Assembly: GCA_964384195.1 (NCBI GenBank)
Contig: CAYLKG010000002.1
Span: forward strand, 2,117 to 66,116
Source of the DNA: an uncultured Aliarcobacter sp.
GTDB lineage: Bacteria > Campylobacterota > Campylobacteria > Campylobacterales > Arcobacteraceae
Reading direction: 5' to 3'
Length of the DNA: 64,000 nucleotides
Shown: positions 46,528 through 56,723 of the stretch, in pieces
Layout: each line of letters starts with the position of its first letter
Position numbering within the stretch: the stretch's first letter is position 1
Program-made: the position numbers and the translations under genes
Notes under the pieces: generated by a model
Told to the model about the DNA's origin: nothing
What the model saw: the letters and a program-made list of their open reading frames with translations, nothing else
The model's database searches: none

Positions 46528-47750
46528 GCAATTAATCCTTTATTTAAAGCTATATTTTGGTCTTGTGTAAATACAAATTGGTGAAGGTTTATATTTCTTG
46601 TTAAAAATCCTGCTTCACAATAGTTTAGATACATTTTCCACATTCTTATAAAATATTCATCAAATCCCAAATTTCTAACAACTTCTAACTTTTTTTCAAA
46701 ATTATCATGCCAAATATTGAGAGTTTTTGCATAATCTTCTGTGAACTCTTCAAGGTGATGTAGGTTTAATCTTGTGTGTTTTGTGGTAACTTCAAGGATT
46801 TTTGAAATACTTGGAAGATGACCTCCTGGGAAAATATATTTTTGTATAAAATCCGTTCCTTTTGCATAATCTTTGTATCTTTGATCAGGCATCGTGATTA
46901 CTTGAAGTACCAAAACGCCACTTGGTTTTAGTAATTCTTGGCATTTTTTGAAAAAGATATGAAAATACTCTTTCCCTACCGCTTCAAACATTTCAACAGC
47001 AATTATTACATCAAATGTTCCGTTCAAATCCCTATAATCTTTGAGAAAAATATCGATTTTATCTTCAACATTATGCTCTTTAAATCTATCTTCACAAAGC
47101 TTTTTTTGCTCCACACTCAAAGTTACAGTTGTAACTTCACATTTTTTGTCATTTGCCAAATGAAGAGCCATAGCTCCCCAACCTGAACCAATTTCAAGAA
47201 CTTTTGAACTCTCTTTGATATTTAGTTTTGATGATAATTTTTCTAGTTTATTTTTTTGGGCTTCATATAAATCTTGATTTTTATGGGAAAAAACAGCACT
47301 TGAATACATCATAGTTTCATCAAGCATTAGTTTGTAAAACTCATTTGATAAATCATAGTGGGCTGAGATATTTTTTCTTGAGTTTGTTTTTGAGTTTTTT
47401 CGCAAAATATGTTTGATTTTATTAAAAATAGGCATTAGGTTTATGAGTTTGTTTTTTTCATTTTCACTTGTAGTTCCCAAATATTTTGAATTCAAAAGTG
47501 CTAACTCTACTAATTTTGTAAGATTTGAAGTCTCAAAATCTTTGTCTATGTAACTCTCCGCAAAACCAATATCTCCATAAAGCATAATTCTTGTAAAAAA
47601 TCTATTGTTATATATCTCTAAAGTGATTTTTTCTTCTAGTTTTTGTTCTCCATAAAGTTTGATATTTCCATCTTTATAGATTACTTCCAAAGTTCCTATT
47701 TTTATTTTTGAAAAGAAGTTATCTCCAAATTTGTTCCATAATTTTTGCAT
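46524..47750 (-). CDS. cfa: Cfa-like SAM-dependent fatty-acid methyltransferase (UfaM-like)
   Basis: NISAHYDLSNEFY, MMYSSA, LEIGSGWG, EMFEAVG, YIFPGG, MWKMYL. Confidence 0.88.
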   Translation of the reverse strand: MQKLWNKFGDNFFSKIKIGTLEVIYKDGNIKLYGEQKLEEKITLEIYNNRFFTRIMLYGDIGFAESYIDKDFETSNLTKLVELALLNSKYLGTTSENEKNKLINLMPIFNKIKHILRKNSKTNSRKNISAHYDLSNEFYKLMLDETMMYSSAVFSHKNQDLYEAQKNKLEKLSSKLNIKESSKVLEIGSGWGAMALHLANDKKCEVTTVTLSVEQKKLCEDRFKEHNVEDKIDIFLKDYRDLNGTFDVIIAVEMFEAVGKEYFHIFFKKCQELLKPSGVLVLQVITMPDQRYKDYAKGTDFIQKYIFPGGHLPSISKILEVTTKHTRLNLHHLEEFTEDYAKTLNIWHDNFEKKLEVVRNLGFDEYFIRMWKMYLNYCEAGFLTRNINLHQFVFTQDQNIALNKGLIA

Positions 47751-47751
47751 T

Positions 47752-48504
47752 TTAAAACCTCCTTATTTTGTCGTTTTCTCTTGGAAAATGGATTTTTAAA
47801 CCCTTTAAATAAAGCCTAATTGCCTGAAAATATGTTCTACTTACCACTAAAAAAGTGCTAAACATATATCGAAAAAATATTTTTAGTATATTTTTAAAAT
47901 TGTATTTTTGGGCTTTTGAGTTAAAAATCGCTGTTAATTTGTGTTGTTTATCTTCGTATAAATCGATTTTTATAAATAATTTATTTTCATCATACTTTAG
48001 CTCAAACTCATAAACTCCCTCACACTCAAAAAAAGGAGATACATACATATCTTTTTTTACAAATCCAAAATAAGAGTTGCCTTTTTTTTCCAATGACACA
48101 GGATAAACAACACGACCGTTGTTGTAGTTGTGAACTTCAGCTAAAATATGAGTTGGTTGCTCTTTTTCATCAAACAACACTAAAACACTAATTGGATTAA
48201 AAACAAAGTTCAAAACCCTTGGAAGTGTTAAAAATCTCATTTTATTTGTAACTTCTAAATCAAACTTTTTTAGAAGTTCTTTTATGTTTTTAAAAAAATC
48301 AGTGCTTACTCCAAAGTGGTCAAAACTTTGTAAACTCATAAAATTTAGTTTATTTATTGAAAAGATTTTATTTTCTAAACTTTTTAAATCAAAAATATCC
48401 ATATCAAGTAAATAAAAGTTATATTTAAAGTCATGCTTTTTAGGAAGAAATCTTTTATGATAAATAGTTCCTTCAAAAATATTATGATTTGAAATATTTG
48501 TCAT
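47752..48504 (-). CDS. DUF1365 family protein (UfaO-like)
   Basis: HKRFLPKKHDFKY, LPRVLNFVFNPIS, AEVHN, MYVSPF; ATG at 48504. Confidence 0.85.
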   Translation of the reverse strand: MTNISNHNIFEGTIYHKRFLPKKHDFKYNFYLLDMDIFDLKSLENKIFSINKLNFMSLQSFDHFGVSTDFFKNIKELLKKFDLEVTNKMRFLTLPRVLNFVFNPISVLVLFDEKEQPTHILAEVHNYNNGRVVYPVSLEKKGNSYFGFVKKDMYVSPFFECEGVYEFELKYDENKLFIKIDLYEDKQHKLTAIFNSKAQKYNFKNILKIFFRYMFSTFLVVSRTYFQAIRLYLKGLKIHFPRENDKIRRF

Positions 48505-48505
48505 C

Positions 48506-49744
48506 TTAAAACTCACATCCAAGTTTAGAAGCTACTTTTGTTGCACTTAAAAGCCCATCTTCATGAAAACCATATCTCCAATAAGCCCCTGTAAAATATG
48601 TATTGTTTTGCCCACAAATCTCATCTTTTCTACTTTGCATTTGTATTGCTTCTGAATTAAATTGTGGATGTTCATAAGAGATTTTTTCAATCACATTTTT
48701 TATATTTTGTGTTTCATTTAAAGATACAAAATAATCTTTTTTTGTTTTTAGATTTTGTAATATATTTATCCAATAACTAAGGGTTACAGCTTGATTTTTT
48801 GTATTCGTACTTGTGTAATTCCAAGCTGCATACATCTTTTTATTTGGGTATAAAATATCATTGTCATTGTGTAAAACAGCACTATTTTCTTTGTATTTAA
48901 AAGCACTTAAAATCTCTAATTCTTTCGGTGTTGGATTTTCTAAAATCTCTAATGCTTCAGGTGCATGCATGGCAAGAACTACCTTATCGTAAAAAGATTT
49001 TGTTCCATTTTTATGGATTAAATAAACGCCATTTTCCTCTCTTCTTACTTTTATAACATTTGAGTTTAAAAAGATTTTTCCAGAAATTTTTTGTTTAATT
49101 TTATTTACATAATTTATACTTCCATTTGAAACAGTTAACCATTGATGATGAGTAGATACTCCTAAAAGTCCATGATTTTTAAAAAAAGTCAAAAAACTTC
49201 TTGCTGGAAAAAGATTCATTTCATCACTTGGAGTTGACCAAATAGAAGCTCCCATTGGGAGTAAATATCGCTCTTTAAAGGCATTTGAATAATCTTTGAT
49301 ATATTCACCTAAAGTTTTGTTCAAATCGGAGCTATTTGCTTCTAAATCTTCATTTGCTTTTTTGTTAAAATCCAAAATATCTTTTATCATTCTATAGTGA
49401 GTAAAAGAGAAAAAATTTCTTTTTTGAGCAAACATTCCTTTTAAAGATGAGCCGTTATATGCCCTATTTCTATCTCTATCCCAAAAAGCAAAACTCATAT
49501 CTGAGTTTTCTATTTTTACATCCAATTCTTTAAAAAGCTTTGTTAAAAGTGGATACGTAGGATGATTAAAAACCAAAAATCCAGTATCAACACCAAAAGT
49601 TTTATTTTCATCTTGAATTATTGTAGTTCTGGCATGTCCACCTAATCTATTTTCTTTTTCATACACATCAACTTCATATTTTTTACTTAAAATATAAGCA
49701 CTTCCAAGCCCACTAATTCCGGCCCCTAAAACTGCTATTTTCAT
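48506..49744 (-). CDS. FAD-dependent oxidoreductase (UfaD-like, amine oxidase fold)
   Basis: GAGISG, RLGGHA, VDTGFLVFN, MGASIWS, AAWNY, YGFHEDG. Confidence 0.88.
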   Translation of the reverse strand: MKIAVLGAGISGLGSAYILSKKYEVDVYEKENRLGGHARTTIIQDENKTFGVDTGFLVFNHPTYPLLTKLFKELDVKIENSDMSFAFWDRDRNRAYNGSSLKGMFAQKRNFFSFTHYRMIKDILDFNKKANEDLEANSSDLNKTLGEYIKDYSNAFKERYLLPMGASIWSTPSDEMNLFPARSFLTFFKNHGLLGVSTHHQWLTVSNGSINYVNKIKQKISGKIFLNSNVIKVRREENGVYLIHKNGTKSFYDKVVLAMHAPEALEILENPTPKELEILSAFKYKENSAVLHNDNDILYPNKKMYAAWNYTSTNTKNQAVTLSYWINILQNLKTKKDYFVSLNETQNIKNVIEKISYEHPQFNSEAIQMQSRKDEICGQNNTYFTGAYWRYGFHEDGLLSATKVASKLGCEF

Positions 49745-50223
49745 TTAAATCTTCCTTTTGGGTCAAGTTTTGTAAATACTAATTTTGAAATATCCATTTT
49801 CTTTTCTAAACTTTTTAAGATATTTTCTAATTCAACTTTATCTATATTTGGAGTCCTACTCATAATCCAAAGATTTGAATAATCATCATTTGCTACAACT
49901 GCTGTTTGGTAGTTATTTAAATATTCAATTTTATATGAAGTTGTAAAAACAAAAAAATATCTCATAAAAATTTCATTATTTTCTATCTTTGCAAAACCGT
50001 TGTATTCAATCAATTTTCCATTTATTTCATTTTCAAAACATCTATTAAAAACATCATAGGTATTATCTTCTAAAAGCTTATATTCAACGCTTGAAGCAAC
50101 ACATGAAGTTTGAAAGCTATTTTCAACTCTTGCTATTTCATACCAAAGTCCTGAAAACTTTTTTACATCTACAGAACTATTTGCAAAAGATATAGACAAA
50201 TAAAAAAATATTAAAAGTAACAT
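49741..50223 (-). CDS. Lipocalin family protein (Blc-like)
   Basis: FSGLWYEIAR (SCR1), LWIMSRTP (SCR3); ATG at 50223 gives a signal peptide. Confidence 0.85.
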   Translation of the reverse strand: MLLLIFFYLSISFANSSVDVKKFSGLWYEIARVENSFQTSCVASSVEYKLLEDNTYDVFNRCFENEINGKLIEYNGFAKIENNEIFMRYFFVFTTSYKIEYLNNYQTAVVANDDYSNLWIMSRTPNIDKVELENILKSLEKKMDISKLVFTKLDPKGRFK

Positions 50224-50289
50224 AAATTTCAAAAATACTCCTGCAATAAAGTACAAAAATTTATTATAAAAAAAGAAAATTTTGTATGC

Positions 50290-51549
50290 TTATTTTGTCA
50301 TTTCATATTTAAGAAGTGAAATAATTGAGAATATTTTTAAAATTATCGGCAAAATCGAGTATAAAAAGATAATTACAAAAATTGAAGTTTGATTTATATT
50401 TTGGCTTTCAAAATTTGCAACTTCTAAACTTATAAAAGATATTGCAACCGCCAAAGCTAAAGATAGTTTTGTAATCATTGCCCAAAATCCAAATAAAACT
50501 CCAGTTAAATCCTCTTTTTCTTTTGTCATATTTGCAACTTCAGCTTGAATAGATGAAGGAAGAGCCATATCAGCACCTAAACAAGAACCAGTCATTATAC
50601 AAATTATAGAAAAATATATAAAATCTCCCTCTTTTAAAAATGGGACAAATACAAACGCGCTAATAGCAACTATAATTGATAAAATCCAAGTCGCTTTTTT
50701 TGTTAGCTTATTTGATACCTTAATCCAAAAAGGAAAAGCAACAATTGCACTTAAAAAATAAATGATTAAAAAAAGACCTGTTTTATCTTCTAAAACTAAA
50801 ACATATTTTACAAAAAACAAAAACAAAGTAGCAGGAAGAGCATTTGCAAGATTATTTAATAAAAAGGCAAAAAATAGTTTTTTGTGATGCGGAAAATCTA
50901 TAAAAAAATTTTTCAAAGATTTAAAAAAATTATTATGTAAACTTTTACTATTCTTTGGTTCTAAATGTCTCAGATTTTTATAAAAAACTAATAAAATCAG
51001 AGGAAAAATAAACAATATTGTGTAAAGTAAAAGCTCTAAGCTTTTTTTGGAGTCATTAGAAACTAAAAAAATATAAGGTATAAATAAAGATGTTAAAACT
51101 CCAATAATTATAAAAATCTCTCTAGAAAATGCTAGCCGTATATTATCTGTTTGATTAGAGCCTAAAATAGAGTTTAAACTTAAATATGGAATTAAAACAA
51201 AACTATAAGAAATATAAGTAATAATTGAAAATAAAAACAACCAATAAGAGTTGTAATAAATAGGTTTTATTAAAAAAAATAGTCCAAAAAGTAAAAAAAA
51301 TGAAGATATAAAAATAATATTAAATTTTGTACTGTAAATATCACAAAATCTACCAATAAATGGATCTAAAACCATATCTGCCAATCTTGCAAACAATAAA
51401 ATAAATCCAACTACTCCCACACTTAAACCTATATGTTCTACATAAAAAGTAGGTAAATAGATATACAAAGGAAATCCTAAAAAAGCAATTGGTATTCCTA
51501 GGATGCCATAAAGAAATACCATTTTGCTTTTTAGGGGTTTATAATTCAA
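50290..51549 (-). CDS. MFS transporter (GPH/MFS_2-like)
   Basis: LPLYIY-like FPLYIYLPTFY, DPFIGRFCD, GADMALP, FGFWAMITKL. Confidence 0.85.
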   Translation of the reverse strand: MNYKPLKSKMVFLYGILGIPIAFLGFPLYIYLPTFYVEHIGLSVGVVGFILLFARLADMVLDPFIGRFCDIYSTKFNIIFISSFFLLFGLFFLIKPIYYNSYWLFLFSIITYISYSFVLIPYLSLNSILGSNQTDNIRLAFSREIFIIIGVLTSLFIPYIFLVSNDSKKSLELLLYTILFIFPLILLVFYKNLRHLEPKNSKSLHNNFFKSLKNFFIDFPHHKKLFFAFLLNNLANALPATLFLFFVKYVLVLEDKTGLFLIIYFLSAIVAFPFWIKVSNKLTKKATWILSIIVAISAFVFVPFLKEGDFIYFSIICIMTGSCLGADMALPSSIQAEVANMTKEKEDLTGVLFGFWAMITKLSLALAVAISFISLEVANFESQNINQTSIFVIIFLYSILPIILKIFSIISLLKYEMTK

Positions 51550-51585
51550 AATCTAATATCGCTTATTTATAAATTTTTATTTTAA

Positions 51586-52344
51586 TCATTTTAAAAACTT
51601 TTTTGTTATTGAAAAACTTAAACTGTACGGTATGAAACTAAGAATTCTTAAAAATTTAGATAACACAAAGGGAAATGAAATTTCAAATTTATAAGATTTG
51701 TTTAATTCATCAAATATCTTTCTAGCTGCAAAATCTACTTCCATTAATTGAGGCATTTCAAAATCATTTTTAGCAGTAAGTCTTGTTTTTACAAAACCAT
51801 GATTTATAATTTGTAAATAGATATTTTTTCTTTGCAATTCAGGCTGAAGTGATTGCGCAAGATTTACTAAAGCTGCTTTTGATGCACTATAAGCTCCACC
51901 ATAAGGAAGACCAAAATAACTTGCTAAACTAGTATTTAAAACTATATTTGATTTATGTTCTTGTTTTTCTAAATAAGTAATCAAAGGTTTTAAAACTCTT
52001 AAAACACCTAAATAATTTATATTTATCATTGATTCAAAGTTTGAAATATCCCACTGTTCATAAGACATTGATTCATAAATACCTGCATTATAAAAACAGA
52101 TGTCTAACCCATTAAAAATTTTAAAAGCTTTATAAACACTTTTTTGTATATTTTCATTGTCTAAAACATCAATATTTATAAGTTCAAGATTAGTTGAGTA
52201 TTTTGATTTTAACTCTAATAGTTTAGGTAAATTTTCAATATCTCTAGCACTTGCTACGACTTGAAAATTATTGTCTAGCCATAATTTAACTAATTCTAAA
52301 CCAATTCCACTACTAGCACCAATAATCCAAACTCTTTTTACCAT
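51586..52344 (-). CDS. Short-chain dehydrogenase/reductase
   Basis: GASSGIG, NAG, YSASK, HGFVKTRLT; ATG at 52344. Confidence 0.9.
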   Translation of the reverse strand: MVKRVWIIGASSGIGLELVKLWLDNNFQVVASARDIENLPKLLELKSKYSTNLELINIDVLDNENIQKSVYKAFKIFNGLDICFYNAGIYESMSYEQWDISNFESMININYLGVLRVLKPLITYLEKQEHKSNIVLNTSLASYFGLPYGGAYSASKAALVNLAQSLQPELQRKNIYLQIINHGFVKTRLTAKNDFEMPQLMEVDFAARKIFDELNKSYKFEISFPFVLSKFLRILSFIPYSLSFSITKKFLK

Positions 52345-52359
52345 GATAAACAACCCTTG

Positions 52360-52393
52360 TTATTTTAAGCTAGTGATTACTAACTTAAAATAA
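52360..52393. promoter_or_regulatory. 34-bp operator-like inverted repeat between -10 and RBS of the SDR-first operon
   Basis: TTATTTTAAGCTAGT-gatt-ACTAACTTAAAATAA (14 of 15 pairs); TATAAT on minus strand at 52393-52398. Confidence 0.55.
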
Positions 52394-52448
52394 TTATATG
52401 GGAATAAAAAGTTTTTTTGTATTTGTTATATGTTAGTTTGTAAAAAAA

Positions 52449-53279
52449 TTATAATATTTCGTGTAGAGTATTAGCTTTTTTCATCCACTCTTCTAACTCT
52501 TCATATTTTTCTTCTTCTACCATTTTTCTAGCAGTTTGAAGTTGGCTTTCAAACAGATCAATAGAAGCTAGAAGATTTTCTCTATTTTGTTTAAAAATAT
52601 CACTCCACATTCTAGGGCTTGATTTTGCAATTCTACTCATATCTTTAAATCCACCAGCTGCAAGAGCAATAATTGCTTTTGGATCTTCATGACCCATTAC
52701 AGTATTTGCTAGAGAAAAAGAGATAATATGAGGCAAGTGAGAGATGTAACAAGCATGAATATCATGTTGTACACTATCCATTACAACTATTCGCATACCT
52801 ATTTCTTGGAAAATTCTAAAAGCTTTGTTTACATGAATATTATCGTTTGCTTCTAAATCACATAAAACAACTGTTTTACCTTCATATAAATTATCAATTG
52901 CAGCTTTTGGACCTGATTTTTCAGTTCCCGTCATTGGATGTGCTGCTATGAAATTTTTTCTTATTTTTGGTGGTATATTTTTTACTATATGCTCTTTTGT
53001 TGAACCCATATCAATAATAGTAGTGTTTTCATTTATATCCAAAAAGTTTGGAAACATAGAGATAATTGCATCAACAGGAATGGATAAAATAATAACATCA
53101 CTTACTTTTTTCAAAGTTTCTAGATCAACTACTTCATCGACTAAATTCAAATCTAATATATCTTTTTTATTCTTCTCACTATTTGTAAAACCATATACTT
53201 TTTGAGCAATTCCATATCTTTTTACAGCCTTAGCTAAAGATCCTCCCATAAGTCCTAAACCTATAATTCCTATATTCAA
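52449..53279 (-). CDS. tyrA: Prephenate dehydrogenase
   Basis: GLGLMGGS, DMGSTK, HPMTGTE, HD..ISHLPH, FKDMSRIAKS; TTG at 53279. Confidence 0.93.
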   Translation of the reverse strand: MNIGIIGLGLMGGSLAKAVKRYGIAQKVYGFTNSEKNKKDILDLNLVDEVVDLETLKKVSDVIILSIPVDAIISMFPNFLDINENTTIIDMGSTKEHIVKNIPPKIRKNFIAAHPMTGTEKSGPKAAIDNLYEGKTVVLCDLEANDNIHVNKAFRIFQEIGMRIVVMDSVQHDIHACYISHLPHIISFSLANTVMGHEDPKAIIALAAGGFKDMSRIAKSSPRMWSDIFKQNRENLLASIDLFESQLQTARKMVEEEKYEELEEWMKKANTLHEIL

Positions 53280-53385
53280 AACTAAACCTTTTATAAATAA
53301 ATTGGGCAAAATTATATCTTACTTTAGATTTATATAAACTATTTTTAGATATATTATTGCTTTATTATCCAAATTAAGGACACCT

Positions 53386-55644
53386 GTGAAAAACAAAGTA
53401 ATACTTTTATCATTGACTTGTGCGACACTACTTAGTGCAACGACAATTAAATCTATTGAATATAAAGATGTAAATAAATTATCTCCTCAGGTTTTAGCTG
53501 AAACAATAGATATGAAGGTTGGGGACAAGCTAGACGAAAATAAACTAAATGAAGCTGTTGTAAAGTTTTATAAATATGGTTATTTTGAAGATGTTGAGGT
53601 TTTAAATAAAGATGGAAATTTATTATTTAAATTTAAAGAAAATCCATCAGTTGCTAGCGTTGATATCAAAGGATACAAAACTAGAAGCGAAGACATTGAT
53701 AATATAAAAAATATTATTAAATTTAAAAAAGGTTCTATGTACACTGAAAAAAGGGTAAAAGAAGCTGAAAACAAACTTTTAAGTATTCTTGAAAGTGAAG
53801 GTTTTATAAACTCTGTTGTTGAAACTGAGGTAGAGACTATAGGTGAAAATGCAAAAAAAGTTACTTTTTATGTAAATAAAGGTGATGAAATCATTATTAA
53901 CAAAGCTAAATATCATGGAGCTGATAAATTAAGTCAAAGCGAGTTTGATGATGTAACAGCAAATAAAGAAAAAGAGTTTGCATCTTGGTGGTTTGGACAA
54001 AATACAGGTGAGTTAAAACTAGAGCAATTAAAATATGATGCAAGAAGAATAAATGATTTATATTTTGAAAAGGGTTATTTGGATGCTGATGTTAAAGAAC
54101 CATTTTTAGATGTCGACTTTGCATCAAATCAAGCAAAACTTGATTTCTTTGTAAAAGAGGGAGAAAAATATACAACTACTGATATTAAAATATTTTTAGA
54201 TCCTTCAATAGTTGACCCAGCTACAATTTATCCAGAACTAAAATTAAAAATTAATAAAACTTTCAATATCAAAAAATTAAGACAAGATCAAGAATATATA
54301 AAAACTCAAGTGGCAAATCAGGGTTATGCTTTTGCTGATGTAAAATTTGATTTAAAGAAAAATGAAGCTGAACACAAAGTTGATGTTGTATTTAGTGTAG
54401 TTCCAGGTAAAAAAGTATATATAAATGATGTAAAAATTTCAGGAAATACTAGAACTCTTGATAGAGTTATTAGAAGAGATGTTTATTTAGCACCAGGTGA
54501 TTTATATAATATGAGTGATTTTAAAGACTCTACGAATAAATTAAAAAGATCAAGATTTTTTGAAGATGTACAAATTGAAGAAAAGAGGATCAGCGATGAC
54601 AAAATGGACATTGTAGTTAAAGTAACTGAAGCACCAACTGGAAGTATAATGCTTGGTGGAGGATATGGATCTTACGATAAATTTATGGTAAATGGTTCTA
54701 TTAGCGATGCAAATATTTTTGGTTCAGGGCTTGCTTTATCTTTAAGTGCAGATTTATCAAAAAGAACTAGTAGATATGAACTTAGCTTAAAAAATCCTGC
54801 AATTAGAGACAGTGATTATAATGGAGAAGTTGAAATTCATGCAACTGATTATGAATTAAGAAGAAGTAAATATGACTCTGATGTAAAATCAAAAGGTTTC
54901 TCTATTGGTGCGGGGAAAGAGATTATTAGAGATACATACGCAGGTGCAAAATATGGATTTGATTCAATAAGTGAAACTTACGATTATGAACCTTTAGAAA
55001 AACAAAAAATATTAGATGCTGGTAAACAAGTATTTACTAATCAAGATTATATAAATAGTTCAATCACTCCTTATATAAATTTTGATAATACAGATGATTT
55101 TTATTTCCCAAGAGAAGGTTGGAGATCAAATGTTTCGGCTGAATATGCAGGAATTGGTGGAGATTCAAAATATGTAAAACCAAGTGCCAGTGTTAAATAT
55201 TTTTATTCATTAGAGGATTTAACAGATTTAGATTGGATTTTAAGACTTAAATCTCAAGCTAGAGTACTAATAGATAATGGACAAATAAATCAAGGAGATT
55301 CTTTATATCTTGGGGGGCCTAAAACTCTAAGAGGTTATAAATCTTATGCATTCCCAAATAATGAATCAGGAGAAAAAACAGATCCATATTCAAAAATGTG
55401 GGCCAACCAAGCTGAAATTAGTTTCCCTTTAGTTCCTAGTGCAAAAATGAGATGGGGAGCATTTTATGACTATGGTATGATTGGAAAAGATTCTTTTAGC
55501 GAAATTTCAAGATCAGGAACAGGTCTTTTACTTGAATGGGTTTCTCCTATGGGTCCATTACAACTTATTTTTTCTAGACCAATTGGTGATAAACCAGGAG
55601 ATGAAACATCATCGTTCGAGTTCTCATTTGGAGCAAGCTTCTAA
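53386..55644 (+). CDS. bamA: Outer membrane protein assembly factor BamA
   Basis: Signal peptide, POTRA repeats, GNTRTLDRVIRR, LRGY, C-terminal FSFGASF. Confidence 0.96.
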   Translation: MKNKVILLSLTCATLLSATTIKSIEYKDVNKLSPQVLAETIDMKVGDKLDENKLNEAVVKFYKYGYFEDVEVLNKDGNLLFKFKENPSVASVDIKGYKTRSEDIDNIKNIIKFKKGSMYTEKRVKEAENKLLSILESEGFINSVVETEVETIGENAKKVTFYVNKGDEIIINKAKYHGADKLSQSEFDDVTANKEKEFASWWFGQNTGELKLEQLKYDARRINDLYFEKGYLDADVKEPFLDVDFASNQAKLDFFVKEGEKYTTTDIKIFLDPSIVDPATIYPELKLKINKTFNIKKLRQDQEYIKTQVANQGYAFADVKFDLKKNEAEHKVDVVFSVVPGKKVYINDVKISGNTRTLDRVIRRDVYLAPGDLYNMSDFKDSTNKLKRSRFFEDVQIEEKRISDDKMDIVVKVTEAPTGSIMLGGGYGSYDKFMVNGSISDANIFGSGLALSLSADLSKRTSRYELSLKNPAIRDSDYNGEVEIHATDYELRRSKYDSDVKSKGFSIGAGKEIIRDTYAGAKYGFDSISETYDYEPLEKQKILDAGKQVFTNQDYINSSITPYINFDNTDDFYFPREGWRSNVSAEYAGIGGDSKYVKPSASVKYFYSLEDLTDLDWILRLKSQARVLIDNGQINQGDSLYLGGPKTLRGYKSYAFPNNESGEKTDPYSKMWANQAEISFPLVPSAKMRWGAFYDYGMIGKDSFSEISRSGTGLLLEWVSPMGPLQLIFSRPIGDKPGDETSSFEFSFGASF

Positions 55645-56717
55645 TGACAAAAAAATTGGAAGTTGATTTAAAAAATAGATTAAGCAAAGAAGATGCTCTT
55701 GATTTAATAAGAAACTCTTCTTTACTTGAGCTAAGTACACTTGCAAGCAAAAAAAAGCTTGAAATTCATCCAGAAAAAATCACAACTTTTATAGTGGATA
55801 GAAATATTAACTATACAAATGTTTGCTGGGTTGACTGTAAATTTTGTGCTTTTTATAGACATAAAAAAGATGATGATTCTTATGTTTTAAAATTTGATGA
55901 AATTAATAAAAAAATAGATGAACTTCTTGAAATTGGTGGAACACAAATACTTTTTCAAGGTGGAGTTCATCCAAATTTGAAAATAGATTACTATGAAGAA
56001 TTAGTAGAGCATATTCACACAAAATATCCACAAATTACAATTCATGGATTTTCAGCAATTGAAGTTGATTTCATCGCAAAAGTTTCAAAAATATCTATTT
56101 TAGAAGTCTTACAAAGACTTCAAGCAAAAGGTTTAAGTTCAGTTCCTGGTGCTGGTGCTGAAATTTTAAGCGATAGAGTTAGAGACATTATTGCTCCAAA
56201 AAAATTAGACACAGAAAAATGGCTAGAAGTTCATAGAACAGCCCATAGTATTGGGATGAAAACAACTGCAACAATGATGTTTGGAACTGTTGAAACAGAT
56301 GAAGAGATTATTGAGCATTGGGATTTAATTAGAAAATTACAAGATGAAACAGGTGGTTTTAGAGCATTTATTATGTGGAGTTTTCAAGGTGAAAACACAG
56401 AACTAGCAAAAGAGATTCCAGATATTAAACCTCAATCTTCAAATAGATATTTAAGACTTCTTGCTGTTTCAAGATTATATTTAGATAATTTTAGAAATCT
56501 TCAAAGTTCTTGGGTTACTCAAGGTTCATACATTGGTCAAATGGCATTAAAATTTGGTGCAAATGACTTAGGTAGTACAATGATGGAAGAAAATGTTGTA
56601 AAAGCAGCAGGAGCTGCAAATAGAATGAATCAAGATGAGATGATTAGATTAATAAAAGATATAGATGAATTTCCTGCAAAAAGAGATACAGCTTATAACA
56701 TAATAGAGAGATTTTAA
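55644..56717 (+). CDS. mqnC: Dehypoxanthine futalosine cyclase
   Basis: NINYTNVCWVDCKFC, LFQGG, PGAGAEIL, GANDLGSTMMEENVV. Confidence 0.92.
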   Translation: MTKKLEVDLKNRLSKEDALDLIRNSSLLELSTLASKKKLEIHPEKITTFIVDRNINYTNVCWVDCKFCAFYRHKKDDDSYVLKFDEINKKIDELLEIGGTQILFQGGVHPNLKIDYYEELVEHIHTKYPQITIHGFSAIEVDFIAKVSKISILEVLQRLQAKGLSSVPGAGAEILSDRVRDIIAPKKLDTEKWLEVHRTAHSIGMKTTATMMFGTVETDEEIIEHWDLIRKLQDETGGFRAFIMWSFQGENTELAKEIPDIKPQSSNRYLRLLAVSRLYLDNFRNLQSSWVTQGSYIGQMALKFGANDLGSTMMEENVVKAAGAANRMNQDEMIRLIKDIDEFPAKRDTAYNIIERF

Positions 56718-56723
56718 CAAAAA

